64,000 nt of DNA from Trichormus sp. ATA11-4-KO1 (GCA_019358915.1 JAHHIM010000018.1:1-64000); one strand, 5' to 3'. Shown: positions 21,550 to 33,800, counted from the first letter of the stretch. Program-made: numbers and translations. Notes: a model not told the origin generated them from the letters alone.

Positions 21550-21784
21550 TCAAAGCCTCCAATCTTCGCTCCTGAATCAATTCTTCAGAAAGTTTTCTAT
21601 TAGCCGGAATATATTGCCTGAAAAGAGCCTGAGCATTTTTGACAGAACATTGAACTCGCTCATCAATTGGTTGTTCTTCTAGCACAAGCACAGCATTATA
21701 TTTACCTACTGGCATATCTACAGGAGAATTAACTAACAATTTGCCATCGCTTGTTATGGTGACGATTATTTCTAATGTTTTCAT
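21542..21784 (-). CDS. Antitoxin (AbrB-like N-terminus)
   Basis: VTITSDGKLLV N-terminus and LSEELIQERRLEA tail; it overlaps the vapC start. Confidence 0.7.
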   Translation of the reverse strand: MKTLEIIVTITSDGKLLVNSPVDMPVGKYNAVLVLEEQPIDERVQCSVKNAQALFRQYIPANRKLSEELIQERRLEALSE

Positions 21785-21791
21785 AGTTAAG

Positions 21792-22220
21792 TTATCTTTG
21801 AATAATTTTAATGCCAAATAGTAAACGCTCTCTTAATTCCTCCTCTAACATCTCATCAAGAAATTTGTAAAAACTCGATTTTACTCCATATTTTTTTTGA
21901 TATTTTGAATACATTTGTTGAGAAGCTTCTATAGATGTCGCAGAACTAGGAATCAGAGCAGCAGCTTCTTCACGTTCAGATTTTGTTCGCTTCGCTTCAA
22001 GCCAAGAATCAAATATTAACCATTCATTTGGCTGACCCAGAATATCAAAACAAGTAAGAAGTAAATAGTTAACCAATGCATCATGCTGAATGTAGGGGTG
22101 AGTCCATCCATCATTTTCGTGCTGGATTAAAGAACGATCACGCAGTTGCTCACCTTGCTCAAGAATTCGCTTCGCAAGATTTAGCCTCTCCTGAACTCGG
22201 TAATGTCGAATATCATCCAT
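21792..22220 (-). CDS. Hypothetical protein, possibly truncated
   Basis: 142-aa ORF with an RBS-like GAGG and no recognised family. Confidence 0.55.
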   Translation of the reverse strand: MDDIRHYRVQERLNLAKRILEQGEQLRDRSLIQHENDGWTHPYIQHDALVNYLLLTCFDILGQPNEWLIFDSWLEAKRTKSEREEAAALIPSSATSIEASQQMYSKYQKKYGVKSSFYKFLDEMLEEELRERLLFGIKIIQR

Positions 22221-22354
22221 AGCCTCTTTAGTAGCAATTTAAATATTATACTGAAATTTTCCGTATAACCACCCTGGAAGGAGTGATTATACAGACTTTT
22301 TCCATATATCCCTTGATGTTATGTTGAGATGTTTTCAGTCATAACTTCTTCCAC

Positions 22355-23635
22355 TTACAAAATGTCCCTTCCTAAGAACGATCGCAACACTTCTGGTATT
22401 AAAATTGTCCCATCTGGTTGCTGATAATTTTCCAAAATTGCTGCCATAGTCCTACCCACAGCCAAACCAGAACCGTTCAAAGTATGAACAAACTGTGTCC
22501 CCTTCTTACCGGCTTCCTTAAAACGAATATCAGCCCGGCGTGCTTGAAAATCTACACAATTAGAACAACTAGAAATTTCTCGATACTTACCAGAAGATGG
22601 TAGCCACACCTCTAAATCATAAGTTTTCGTAGATCCAAAACCTAAATCAGCAGTACATAAATTGATGACTCGATAAGGCAACTTTAAAGCCTGTAAAATT
22701 GCTTCCGCATTCCCCACCAATTTTTCTAATTCCTCAAAAGAAGAACTGGGATGAACAACTTTTACCAACTCAACTTTATTGAATTGATGCAGACGAATTA
22801 AACCCCGCATATCGCGTCCATAACTTCCCGCTTCTCGACGAAAACAGGGAGTATAAGCACAGTGATAAATTGGTAAATCTTCCGCCGCTAAAATCTCTCC
22901 CCGGTAAAGGTTAGTAACGGGAACTTCTGCTGTGGGTATCAACCACAATTCATCATCAGCACATTTAAAGCTTTCTTCCGCAAATTTCGGTAACTGACCG
23001 GTTCCTGTTAAAGCATCAGTATTCACTAATAAGGGCGGACTAACTTCTACATAGCCGGCTTCAGTTTGCATCTTCAACATAAACTGAATTAATGCCCTTT
23101 CTAATGCTGCACCAGCACCCACGAGAGTCACAAACCGACTTTGGGCAACTTTCACAGCCCGCTCAAAGTTGAGAATACCCAGTTTTTCACCAATTTCCCA
23201 ATGAGGAAGAATATTCTGGTTTTGGGGAAGATATTCATCACCCCAGCGCCGTACTTCAACGTTTTCGTCTTCACTTTTACCAATAGGCGTAGAGTCACTG
23301 GGTAAGTTGGGTAATGCTAATACAAGTTGCTCAATTTCTGCTTTCAGGGCTTTTTCTTGCGGTTCCAGTTCACTCAATTGCGCTTTTAAGGAATTCCCCT
23401 CGTCCCGCAAGGCTTGAATTTCTGGAGATTGAGGACTCACACCAGATTTAATTTTTTGCCCAACAATTTTACCAATTTCGTTACTACGAGCTTGCAGTTG
23501 ACTACGTGTCCCCTCCAGTTCCCGTTGTTGTTTGTCTAACTGTAATATCGGTTCGAGGTCGTATTTACCACTACGACTGTGCAACCGTTCTTGGATTAAT
23601 TGGGGATTTTCCCTTATTTGCTTAATATCCAGCAC
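22355..23635 (-). CDS. serS: Serine--tRNA ligase
   Basis: [27 protein letters not shown] and [15 protein letters not shown] start at 23635. Confidence 0.97.
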   Translation of the reverse strand: MLDIKQIRENPQLIQERLHSRSGKYDLEPILQLDKQQRELEGTRSQLQARSNEIGKIVGQKIKSGVSPQSPEIQALRDEGNSLKAQLSELEPQEKALKAEIEQLVLALPNLPSDSTPIGKSEDENVEVRRWGDEYLPQNQNILPHWEIGEKLGILNFERAVKVAQSRFVTLVGAGAALERALIQFMLKMQTEAGYVEVSPPLLVNTDALTGTGQLPKFAEESFKCADDELWLIPTAEVPVTNLYRGEILAAEDLPIYHCAYTPCFRREAGSYGRDMRGLIRLHQFNKVELVKVVHPSSSFEELEKLVGNAEAILQALKLPYRVINLCTADLGFGSTKTYDLEVWLPSSGKYREISSCSNCVDFQARRADIRFKEAGKKGTQFVHTLNGSGLAVGRTMAAILENYQQPDGTILIPEVLRSFLGRDIL

Positions 23636-23719
23636 AGATTTTTCTTTTGTTTTTTGCCTAGTGTCTTCTTGGTAAAACATCAGCATATACTGATTCTGGC
23701 TTGCTATAGCAGGAGAATT

Positions 23720-24298
23720 TCAAGTTCGGGTAATTCGATTAAGTAGCCAAATGGAGACTACAAGCCCTGCAAAGTGCGCTGAAACGGTGTTGATGTTTGC
23801 CTGCACTACAAGCATATCTAGACCGCTAATAATCCGGGTAGGGTCAAATAATTGGGTTGTTACAGCCTGGGGGGAAATAGACCTTGCTACCAATGTACCA
23901 ACGATCGCTTGTGCTCCTAACAGTGTCACTAGCATTCCCACTAAATTCACCCACATTCCCAGGCGTAATACTTGCAAAGTCTCACTTTTTCGCGGGCGAT
24001 TACTGGGATTTGAGGATTGTAGTTGGTTGCCAATTCTGGTGTAACGGAAAGCTAAATAGATACCCCCACCCAAAATCAGAATTCCACAAACTGCTAAAAA
24101 CACACCAAACCCAGTTCCAGGGTTATTACTAGGACTGCCCTCTCTTTGACTAAATATGGCGAACAGCAGCACAATAATGGCAGAAACAACACCTAAGACT
24201 AATTGAATCCAGAGGCTAATCCAACCTGTCAGGCGAAAGGTTTGGGCAATTGCTCGAATATTCGAGGAAGATGATGGGGTGTCGGGGTTTTGTGACAT
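23720..24298 (-). CDS. DUF3611 family membrane protein
   Basis: GWISLWIQLVLGVVS...VVQANINTVSAHF. Confidence 0.8.
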   Translation of the reverse strand: MSQNPDTPSSSSNIRAIAQTFRLTGWISLWIQLVLGVVSAIIVLLFAIFSQREGSPSNNPGTGFGVFLAVCGILILGGGIYLAFRYTRIGNQLQSSNPSNRPRKSETLQVLRLGMWVNLVGMLVTLLGAQAIVGTLVARSISPQAVTTQLFDPTRIISGLDMLVVQANINTVSAHFAGLVVSIWLLNRITRT

Positions 24299-24857
24299 AC
24301 TGATCACCAATGTGCTAAGGACTTGTTAAATTTAATATCACACTTACCATCTGGGATATGAGTGTCTCAAGTCCACATAGTCAGTACTAAATGCTGATTT
24401 GTTTGTGTTTACAAGCATATAGGCTTTCATCCCGACATTAACTATGTGGCTGAAGTTTTTATGTTTTGTAAGGGGACAACCACTCTAAAACAAAGTGTTT
24501 ATTAACTTTTACAGACAAAACGGCATTTTACCTGTAAAATTTCTTCGATGGCATTTTATGCTTAGGCCGTTCTAACTAGCTCGGCATCACTGGACACCAA
24601 GAAAGTGACCAAGCCACTGTATTTAATTGCTCCTCTCCACACCACCTAGAGCTTGGGTAGGAACGTAGTATTTTGCGCTCCTAAAACTTGTATATCCGTC
24701 CCACGCCTTTGACCGCATAGGTAATCATTTTAATGTTTACGTTTGGGAAATCCTGCCCAAGTAGCCCTATATACCTACTTATTCTGTAGTAGTACTATAT
24801 ATTGACTACAAGGATTATAGATACCACCACCAGGCATTTTTTAGCCATTCACTAACC

Positions 24858-25205
24858 ATGAAACTTGAGGATATATATCAATTCTTTGAAAATCCTCCGC
24901 CAACTTATCTCTGTCAGGAACTAGCTGTTTGTTACATATTGTATATTTTGTTACAAAATGAATCCTACGGAACTGAGTTGATACAGCGACTGGAAACTGA
25001 ATATCCAACCTATCGGCTTTCGGATACTGTACTTTATAGTGCAATCAAATTTCTCGAAGACCAAAGGGCTATCACTGGGTATTGGAAGAAACTCGAAGGA
25101 CGAGGACGCCCTAGGCGGATGTACCAAGTTTCTCCAGAATGGCAAGATCAATCACAAAATTTGGCGCGTCTTTGGCAAGATTACATCAACGAGAGGACAA
25201 ATTAA
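24858..25205 (+). CDS. pex: PadR-family circadian period extender Pex
   Basis: ESYGTELI, YRLSDTVLYSA and GRGRPRRMY motifs. Confidence 0.9.
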   Translation: MKLEDIYQFFENPPPTYLCQELAVCYILYILLQNESYGTELIQRLETEYPTYRLSDTVLYSAIKFLEDQRAITGYWKKLEGRGRPRRMYQVSPEWQDQSQNLARLWQDYINERTN

Positions 25206-25260
25206 CGAAATAATTGATCATGAATAAGTCTCCTCCAATCAAAAAAATCACAATTTAGTT

Positions 25261-25794
25261 ATGGATACTGCTATTCTGCCATCTACTTTGCTCCTAACCT
25301 TGTTGTTATCGGTTGGGCTGTTTTTCTTTATTCGTGCCTCAACCAAAGATCGCACAACAACAGAAAAACTTGTATTTGAGCAAGACGAAGCTGTTTTAAT
25401 GCCGAAAGTTAAGGAGTATTTTCGTTCGCGGTCTTATCAAGTGGCAGAGGTAGACCGTGAAAAAAATCAAGTGATTTTTGCAGGTTTTGTGCAACCTAGC
25501 TTATTTTTAGCTGTGTTTTTAACACTGCTAGCATCTGTTGGTATGGCTTGCCTGTCATTAGTTTTATCACTACTTTTTCCTAACTTCGGTACCCTATTTC
25601 TTGGATTAGTACTACTGTCACCTTTGAGCGGTCTGTTTTATTGGAAAAAAGCAGGAAGACTGGAGAAGGTATCGTTCCAAATAGAAGAATTAAAGCAGAA
25701 TCAACTGAACTTCCCAAGTAAAGTTACTGTAACTGCCCATCGAGACGAACTCATGGAGTTAAAGAGGACGCTACAGTTAAAATCTGCTGAATAA
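25261..25794 (+). CDS. ccb1: Cofactor assembly of complex C subunit B (CCB1)
   Basis: GLFFFIRASTKDRT, YWKKAGRLE and AHRDEL motifs. Confidence 0.85.
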   Translation: MDTAILPSTLLLTLLLSVGLFFFIRASTKDRTTTEKLVFEQDEAVLMPKVKEYFRSRSYQVAEVDREKNQVIFAGFVQPSLFLAVFLTLLASVGMACLSLVLSLLFPNFGTLFLGLVLLSPLSGLFYWKKAGRLEKVSFQIEELKQNQLNFPSKVTVTAHRDELMELKRTLQLKSAE

Positions 25795-25855
25795 CTGTAG
25801 AAATAAATACTTAAACTAGGCGCTAGGGAGGGTTAATAAATTCCTGCTATGTAAA

Positions 25856-25886
25856 TTTTCCCTACGATGTAATATCGTAGGGAAAA
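25856..25886. terminator. Perfect 13-bp stem-loop between convergent genes
   Basis: TTTTCCCTACGAT-GTAAT-ATCGTAGGGAAAA. Confidence 0.6.
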
Positions 25887-26195
25887 AACTATATCTTTTT
25901 ATAGAGCCTCCTTGGTAATCCATTGGGGGAGAGCGCAACTCAACTCTCGCTTTTGGATGCATTTTGCTCTATCCTGAATCCCCTCTGCATCATTTGACTA
26001 GAAATCAACCCAGACAAACCAGCGTGGCTGGAGAAGTCGTTGATTATCCAATTAAGTCCAATTAACTGGACTAAATATACTGGCAAATCAGTCACAAACT
26101 TAAAAAAAATGAAAATTTTGCATAAACTGAGCAACTTTGCCAGTTAAATGATCGTCAGGAGCCACATTCAAGACGTTAAGATAACCATTTATGAT

Positions 26196-26513
26196 TTAGC
26201 GACTAGCAACAGCTAAGGGTTCTGAACCGACGGGAGCCTCTAATACCCGCAGGCTGGGAAACAAGAAATGGTTTTCTTCAACGTATTGAGCACCAAACAA
26301 GCCCTTTTCTGCCCAGAAATAACGGTCTGTGGTGTGTTCATTTCGCTTTACGAGTAGCAACGCTGGTGGGGCAATTCCTTCAGCTTGAATGAATCTTCTC
26401 GCTGCTGTCACAGGTTTTTCTTCGCCGCTTTCGATGCTATATTGAGGCACATGTTCAAGTATGCGCCGTCCTTCTTGGCGACGACGACTTTTCCGCTTAC
26501 GTCTTCTTGCCAA
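26196..26513 (-). CDS. DUF3155 family protein
   Basis: (L)ARRRKRKSRRRQEGRRILE...DRYFWAEKGLFGAQY; TTG start likely. Confidence 0.8.
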   Translation of the reverse strand: MARRRKRKSRRRQEGRRILEHVPQYSIESGEEKPVTAARRFIQAEGIAPPALLLVKRNEHTTDRYFWAEKGLFGAQYVEENHFLFPSLRVLEAPVGSEPLAVASR

Positions 26514-26797
26514 CCTATTTTCCTCCTCTTTCAAGCTATAGATTGTAGTGATAGCTACAAAATCCGTCGTAATTATATAAGTTCTAGTTCAAAATATCAA
26601 TAGTTTTTTAACTTTTGATACAAGAAAAATAATATTTTTGGACGTAGATTAATCATAAAGTGGTGAAGCATATAATCCCCTGGTGCAAACCGTTACTGAC
26701 TAGATTTAGTTAAGCTTTATTCAAAAGAGTCAGGAAAAACAAAGCAACTTCCTTTCATCTTCCCTCAAATTCTGTGATCCTGAGCAAAAGCTAAAAA

Positions 26798-28135
26798 ATG
26801 TTAATGTCTGCCAGTTCAGATTTTGTGGCGCTATGCCGAGAGCAAATAGTACTGTTAACCCAAGGGCTAGGAGCATCTTTAAGTGTTGTTTACTTAACAC
26901 AAGAATTAGTAGAGGCTTCTACTGGTGAAGCAAAACTAATTCCTGTGGTGGTTTACCCAGAAACAGCAGTATTACAACCAGGGAAAGAGATTGCTGAGGC
27001 AACTGTTGGGAATGTTTTGGTGCTACCGCAGCAACAGGGAAAGTTATTGACAGCAGGGTCGGAATTTCCGATTTCTGCACAGGAGACAGAGACCTCAGAT
27101 GCTGAACAACCCCATTTAAAAGACGAATCTCGGCTCAGTGGACACCAAATTGTCCTGCCTCTCATCCATGAAGGTGTGATGATGGGGTTATTGGTGACAG
27201 GTAGGGAAGACAGGGCATGGAATGAAAAGGAGCAAAGCGAAATTCAAAGCATAGCGCAAACACTAGCGATCGCCTGTATATTAGATCAGCGTCGAGCCTG
27301 GTTACAGCATCAGCTACATCAACAACAACTTTTGCAAGAACAGCAGCGAGATTTGCTCGATAACTTGTTGCACCAGTTTCGCAATCCTTTAACAGCAATA
27401 CGAACCTTTGGCAAACTACTATTAAAACGACTGCGACCAGGTGATCCCAACCGAGAAGTAGGAGCAAATATCGTCCGGGAAAGCGATCGCCTCCAGGAAT
27501 TGCTGCAACAGTTTGACAAAGTAATTGACTGGACAGAGACAGATTTAGCACCACTGTCGTTGTCCGAGAATGAAGTATTTGTAGAAGCAACTGTACAAAA
27601 AGAACCATCGCCATTTCTCTTATTGCCGGGAACGGGAGAAAACGAAACTGATTGTGATTTGGCTGATTTATTAGCACCTTCATTAGTATCAGCGAAAGCA
27701 ATAGCGCAGGAGCGAAATCTCCGACTAAAAACAGAAATTTCTCGGAATTTACCACTAGTACGTGCCAACGTTAAAGCATTACGAGAGGCATTAAGTAATA
27801 TCATTGATAATGCCCTGAAATACACTCCTACAGGCGGCAAAATTGCCATCCAAATGGGACAAAAAAAAGCTAATTTTCTGGGAATTGCTATTAGTAATAC
27901 TGGTCGGGGGATTCCACCAGAAGATTTAGCACATTTGGGAGAAAGACATTATCGAGGAGTACAAGCAAAAACTGAAATTCCTGGCACAGGTTTAGGATTA
28001 GCGATCGCTAAACAATTAATAGAACAAATGCAGGGTGAAATTGAAATTTTCAGCCCTGCAATTAACTCAGCTATGACTTCACCCGATGCACCGGGAACTA
28101 CTTTTATTATTTGGTTACCTGTGAAGAGGGAGTAG
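26798..28135 (+). CDS. GAF-domain sensor histidine kinase
   Basis: LLHQFRNPLTA H-box, NIIDNALKY and GTGLGLAI. Confidence 0.9.
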   Translation: MLMSASSDFVALCREQIVLLTQGLGASLSVVYLTQELVEASTGEAKLIPVVVYPETAVLQPGKEIAEATVGNVLVLPQQQGKLLTAGSEFPISAQETETSDAEQPHLKDESRLSGHQIVLPLIHEGVMMGLLVTGREDRAWNEKEQSEIQSIAQTLAIACILDQRRAWLQHQLHQQQLLQEQQRDLLDNLLHQFRNPLTAIRTFGKLLLKRLRPGDPNREVGANIVRESDRLQELLQQFDKVIDWTETDLAPLSLSENEVFVEATVQKEPSPFLLLPGTGENETDCDLADLLAPSLVSAKAIAQERNLRLKTEISRNLPLVRANVKALREALSNIIDNALKYTPTGGKIAIQMGQKKANFLGIAISNTGRGIPPEDLAHLGERHYRGVQAKTEIPGTGLGLAIAKQLIEQMQGEIEIFSPAINSAMTSPDAPGTTFIIWLPVKRE

Positions 28136-28213
28136 GGAGATGAGGGAACAAGGGGACAAGGGGACAAGGAGCAAAATTTAATTCTCAATGCCCAATGCCC
28201 AATAACTAAATGA

Positions 28214-29455
28214 CTATCTTAATGAAACCAGCAAATTTTGATTGATGGTCATTTGTAAATCTGTGTCGGGGTCAATGGCGATTAAGTCAACACTGTTTCT
28301 ACCAAAGAATAGACCAATCAAACCACCGATAGCAGCACCACCCAAGACCTCTTCTGTCGCGATCGCGCGATCGCCTGTGACAGCAGCCACAGCAGCAGCA
28401 GCTCCTGCGCCCAATGCAGTATTCCTGATAATTGTACTGGTACTAGTACCTTTTCTGATGGTTTCAGTTTTGGTAATTACTTCAGAAGTAGCGTTAATTT
28501 GGTATTCTTGACCTCCAGTCAAAACCAGTTTTTCAGCCACAAATTGAGAGCCGCCTTGAGCTGGTCTAAGTTGACCCACAACCTGACTACCAGCAGGAAT
28601 CACTACAGTTCCTTCTTGGGTAACTACATTTTGGTCTACTGTCAGAGTCAAGGGTGCTGTTTCATCCTTGGTGACCAGAATTTTTTCTGCCTGATCATAC
28701 TTCACAGGAATAGCAGTTCCTTGAGGAATGGTCACAGATATAGGTGTAGGCGTAGTAGGTTGAAGAGCTACGATGTAAGGCGAATTAATTGCTGAGGCTT
28801 GATTAGAACTGACCAACGCCTGATAGATAAAAGCTGCTACTTGTGCCCTTGTGGCTGTTGCGGTGGGATTCAGAAACTGAACGTTAGGATAGTTGACGAC
28901 AATTTTCTGTTCTGCGGCTGCGGCGATGGGACTACGGGCATAATCAGCAATATTAAAGCGATCGCTGAAGTATTGCAGAGTAGTTTCGGTGTTAGCTGTT
29001 GGTCGGTATTCCAAACCGTTGGCTAGAGCAACCAAAACCTGCTGGCGGGGAATATTCTGGTTAGGCTCAAAGCGATTACCGGGATATCCTGATAAGAAAC
29101 CAATGGTATAGGCTTGGCGAATGGCGCTGGAAGCCCAATAGTTACCAGGTACATCAACAAAATTGATTGCTTGACGTTGTGGTGCTTTTTGGAAAGCTTT
29201 GTTGACCATCGCGGCAAATTGAGCGCGTGTTACTGGCTCTTCCGGACGGAAGCTACCATCAGGAAATCCGGCAATTACACCTCGCTGTGACAATTGTTGA
29301 ATAAACTGTGCTGCCCAGTAGTTAGATGAAACATCATAAAAAGTGGTTTGAGCTAAAGATGGTGCAGCTGTAATAAAGGGTGCTACAGTGCCTACTGTGA
29401 CACTCAAAGCCATAAGCGCAGCTGTTCCAGATTGCCAACGATTTAAACTAAACAT
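28214..29455 (-). CDS. S-layer homology (SLH) domain protein
   Basis: Signal peptide and three SLH repeats (GFPDGSFRPEEPVTRAQFA). Confidence 0.88.
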   Translation of the reverse strand: MFSLNRWQSGTAALMALSVTVGTVAPFITAAPSLAQTTFYDVSSNYWAAQFIQQLSQRGVIAGFPDGSFRPEEPVTRAQFAAMVNKAFQKAPQRQAINFVDVPGNYWASSAIRQAYTIGFLSGYPGNRFEPNQNIPRQQVLVALANGLEYRPTANTETTLQYFSDRFNIADYARSPIAAAAEQKIVVNYPNVQFLNPTATATRAQVAAFIYQALVSSNQASAINSPYIVALQPTTPTPISVTIPQGTAIPVKYDQAEKILVTKDETAPLTLTVDQNVVTQEGTVVIPAGSQVVGQLRPAQGGSQFVAEKLVLTGGQEYQINATSEVITKTETIRKGTSTSTIIRNTALGAGAAAAVAAVTGDRAIATEEVLGGAAIGGLIGLFFGRNSVDLIAIDPDTDLQMTINQNLLVSLR

Positions 29456-29639
29456 TGCTATTTACTCCAGTACAATTAATTTTTCTTCTGTTAGTTATTC
29501 AGACAAGTTAAGTGATAAAAAGTTCCTAAAATTTCTATTCATAAGTATCTTTTTAACAATGCTAATTGATTTAAAAGTATCGTATTATTACGGTTAACAG
29601 TTGATAATTAATGAGAGTATTCACAAATTCAAATTTCAG

Positions 29640-29666
29640 ACCCCCAACTTATTCAAAGTTGGGGGT
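29640..29666. repeat. REP-like hairpin (related copies at 50321-50349 and 56395-56428)
   Basis: ACCCCCAACTT-ATTCA-AAGTTGGGGGT. Confidence 0.55.
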
Positions 29667-29851
29667 ATTTTATTTTCAACAAACTTAGATATTTGCTCAG
29701 ACGCTACATCAATAAAATAGTTGCGGTAATAAAATATTTTTGAATTTTGTTATTTATTAAAGCAGCTAAAAATGAAGCGATCGCTACTGCAACTAGAGTG
29801 AGCGATCGCTAATGGGAGATGATTAAAGTCACGGTTGCAATGAAGTAAGGC

Positions 29852-30538
29852 TTAGTAGCGGTCTATGACTAAGTTAGAGTTGAGTGACAGTCTTAAATCC
29901 TGTTCGGGTCTCAAGACAAATACTTCAGCTTCTTTTTTCCGTAACAGTACACTGGCTAAAGCACCAGCCGCCGCACCGCCTAGAGGCTCTAAAATTTCAA
30001 TTCTGCGGTTACCTGTAATTAATGAAATGGCAGTCGCAGCACCAGCACCGATAGCCGCATCTGTTAATACTCTGCTGCTATCATTTTGGCTAATTTTTTC
30101 TAGTCTAGTAACTGTCTGAGATGATGCATTAATTGACTGGCGGCGGCCAGAGGGAAATACTAATTCTCGGGCGACGAACCGCACACCTCTGACATTTTCA
30201 TTATCTCTGTTTCTGCCGTTGAAATATACAGGTTCTAGCTGTCCTATAACTTCAGTGTCCCTGGGAATTAAAACAGTTCTTCGACTATCGGTAATGTCGT
30301 TGGATATTTTCAATGTTAGGTCTAGTGTTTCCCCCCGACTAACAACAACTTTCTCCTTTTCGTGTCTCACAGGAAAAGTCACGTTGGCGTTAGCAGGAAT
30401 TGTCACTGTTCTTGATTGCCCAATATTATATTGGGCATGAGCAGGAGCAAAGGCAATCATGGGAGCAACGGCACTAGTAGTAATTGCCATTGCCATGAGT
30501 GCGGCGGTGCTAGTTTTCCATTGATGAAGGCTAGTCAT
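29852..30538 (-). CDS. Secreted protein resembling the C-terminal domain of the adjacent SLH protein
   Basis: Shared leader (WxxxTAALMA) and a GAGAAxAxxxxTGxR glycine zipper. Confidence 0.75.
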   Translation of the reverse strand: MTSLHQWKTSTAALMAMAITTSAVAPMIAFAPAHAQYNIGQSRTVTIPANANVTFPVRHEKEKVVVSRGETLDLTLKISNDITDSRRTVLIPRDTEVIGQLEPVYFNGRNRDNENVRGVRFVARELVFPSGRRQSINASSQTVTRLEKISQNDSSRVLTDAAIGAGAATAISLITGNRRIEILEPLGGAAAGALASVLLRKKEAEVFVLRPEQDLRLSLNSNLVIDRY

Positions 30539-30862
30539 AAGCTGTTTAAACTTTGTGTCTGTGGTGTATGTTATGACGAGGATTTACGGAGATTGTTTCT
30601 GGCTGTTATTAAAGCTAAACTAACTCTCTACCCAACTTTTAATTTTTAATTTTTAATTTGACTGAGGCACTAGAAGGGTAATTTTTCTTTGCAGATTGGC
30701 AAAATAATTTGCCTAATAGGAAAAACTTGGTCATCATATTGTTAATTTTCGTAAAAATACGGACTAAAGTACTAAAATACTGATATTCGCCTAGCTAAAC
30801 TATCAAAGAGTGCATCTGTACTGCTATTTAATCCAACACTTAGATGTGGCGCTATAGCCTCA

Positions 30863-33800
30863 ATGATTCCAGTACAACTTATCCTCAAAAACTTTCTTAG
30901 TTACCGTGATGCAACTTTAGATTTTCGTGGTTTGCACACGGCTTGTATTTGTGGTTCCAATGGTGCAGGTAAATCTTCTCTTTTAGAAGCAATTACATGG
31001 GCAATTTGGGGTGAAAGTCGTGCCGGCGTTGAAGATGATGTGATTCATTCCGGTGCCAAAGAAGTTCGAGTTGATTTCGTTTTTCAATGTAATCAGCAGA
31101 AATATCGGGTGATTCGCACACGAGTTCGCGGTGCTAGTGGTGTCCTGGAATTTCAAATAGAAACACCTTCTGGGTTTCGCGCTATCACTGGTAAAGGTGT
31201 CAGGGCAACTCAGGATTTAATTTTAGAACACATCAAACTCGATTACGATACTTTTATTAATTCCGCTTACTTGCGTCAAGGTCGGGCAGACGAATTCATG
31301 CTCAAACGCCCCACTGAACGCAAGGAAATCTTAGCTGAGTTATTAAAACTCAATCAATATGATGAATTGGAAGAACGGGCAAAAGAATCTGCTCGCCAGT
31401 TTAAAGCTAGGGCTGAGGAGTTAGAACGTTCTTTGGAGTCGAGCAAAACCCAGCTGCAACAACGTGAAGTCACGCAAGCCCAAAGAGCAGAGTTAGAAAC
31501 TGAACTTGACCAACTGCAACAAGTCCAAGCCTTCGAGAATATTCAATTACAAAGTTTGCAAGTTGTCCAGCACCAGCGCCAAAATTGGCAACAACAACTT
31601 AACTTTGTGAGGCAACAACATCAAAATCTTACTCAAGATAGCGATCGCCTGCAACAAGAGCAGTTAGCAGTACAAAGTCAGCTCTCAGATTTAAAAACCA
31701 TCTTAAATCAGGAAACTGAGATCAAAAATGGCTACACTCAGTATCAAAGTCTGCAATCTCAAGAAGAAGCTTTTGCCACTAAATTTCAAGAATACACCCG
31801 ATCTACGGCGCTGCGTCAACAAAAGCAACAGCAATTAACTAGCCAAATTCACGAACTCGAAAGGCAATTACAACAAGTTCAAGGACAATTAGCAGCCCTA
31901 GCACAACAAGAGCAAGAAATTCAGCACACTCTCAGTAAATCTGCTGAAGTAGAAGCTGCCTTGGCACAACTTACCGCAGCTCGTCGCCGGGTGACTCAGC
32001 TAGATGAACTGCAAATGCAGGTTTCTCCTTTATTGCAACAACGACAAAACTTGCAAAGTCAACTGGATCGAGTTCATGCTGGTTTAGTAGCACGACTCGA
32101 ACAGTTACAAGCTACAGAAAATCAACTCCAACGCTCCTCACGTCGTCAACCGCAACTGCAACAAGCAGTAATGGATGTGGGAATACAGATTGAGCAAATG
32201 GAAAAAGACCGAGTTTACCTGCAACGAGTCCAAGAAAAAGGGCAGGAAAGACGGCATTTTATCGAACGTTTGCAAGCTCAACAACGAGAATATGAAAGAT
32301 TGTTGGGAGAACTAGAGCAAAAACTGCAAATGCTTCGCACTCCTGATGCTATTTGTCCCTTGTGTGAGCGTCCTTTAGATGAACATCACTGGAATCGGGT
32401 GGTAGATAAAACCAAGGACGAGTACAAGGATACAGAGGGGCAATTGTGGGTGTTCCGCGAACAAATGGCAGTTTCAGATCGAGAAATTCAGCTATTGAGG
32501 CAGGAATATCGCGAAATATCCCAAAAGTTAGCACCTTATGACACCCTACGCGAACAAAGAGGACAATTAGCCGCACAACTGCAATCTACAAGTGATGCCG
32601 ATCAACAATTACAACAACTGGCTGCCGAAAAGCAACATTTAGAGCGATCGCTGCAAGCGGGTGATTACGCCCCTGACAAACAAGCCGAACTACAGCAGTT
32701 AGAACAATATCTGCAACAACTGAATTATAATGAGCAAGACCACGCCCTTGCTCGTAGCGAAGTAGAGCGATGGCGGTGGGCAGAAATTAAGCAAGGGCAA
32801 ATTAAAGATGCAGCCAAACGACAAGCGCAAATAGCCGCCCGCAAACCAGAATTACAAGCGACGATTGCCCAATTACAAACGAGAATTCAGCAGGATCAAA
32901 CTGATTCTGAGTGTGCAAAACAAATTAGTGAACTTGAGCGTCATATTGCCGACATTGGTTATAGTTCAGAGCAACACAACAACCTGCGCGTAGCTGTACG
33001 CCAAGCCCAATCTTGGCAGTTACGTTACCAACAGCTTTTGTCAGCCCAGCAACAGTACCCCCAACTCCAGCAGCGATGGCAGGATTTAGAGGCTTCTAGA
33101 AGCGCGAGATTAGATGAACGGCAAAAACTAGCTCACCAAATCGAAAACATTACCCAAGAGTTAGCCCAATCAGCTAATCCCACTGAGCAAATTAACGCTT
33201 TAGAGCAGCAAATTCAGGCACGCAGACGGCAACTCGATGAAAAAATAGCGAATCTGGGGCGTTTAGAACAGTTAATGCTGCAACTAGAAGCCCTGCAAAT
33301 TCAGTATGACCAACAACAGCAGCAACTACAATCTTGTAAACAAGAACAACGGGTTTATCAGGAATTAGCGCAGGCATTTGGTAAAAATGGCATCCAAGCA
33401 CTGATGATTGAAAATGTCTTGCCCCAACTAGAAGCAGAGACAAATCAACTATTGTCGCGACTGAGTGCTAATCAACTGCATGTGCAATTTATTACCCAAA
33501 AATCTGGGCGGAGTGGCAAGTCAAAGAAGAAAAACGCCAAGCTAATTGATACTCTAGATATTTTAATTGCCGATTCCAGGGGAACACGAGCTTATGAGAC
33601 TTACTCTGGTGGGGAAGCATTTAGAATTAACTTTGCCATCCGTTTAGCCCTGGCGAAATTATTGGCACAACGGGCGGGTGCGGCGTTGCAATTATTGATT
33701 ATAGATGAAGGCTTTGGCACACAGGATGCCGAAGGATGCGATCGCCTGATTGCGTCCATTAATGCGATCGCTGGTGACTTTGCTTGTATCCTCACAGTCA

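Noticed and set aside
27162..27849. Long antisense ORFs in the kinase gene and similar shadow ORFs elsewhere
   Set aside because: They overlap well-supported genes on the opposite strand and carry no protein motifs.
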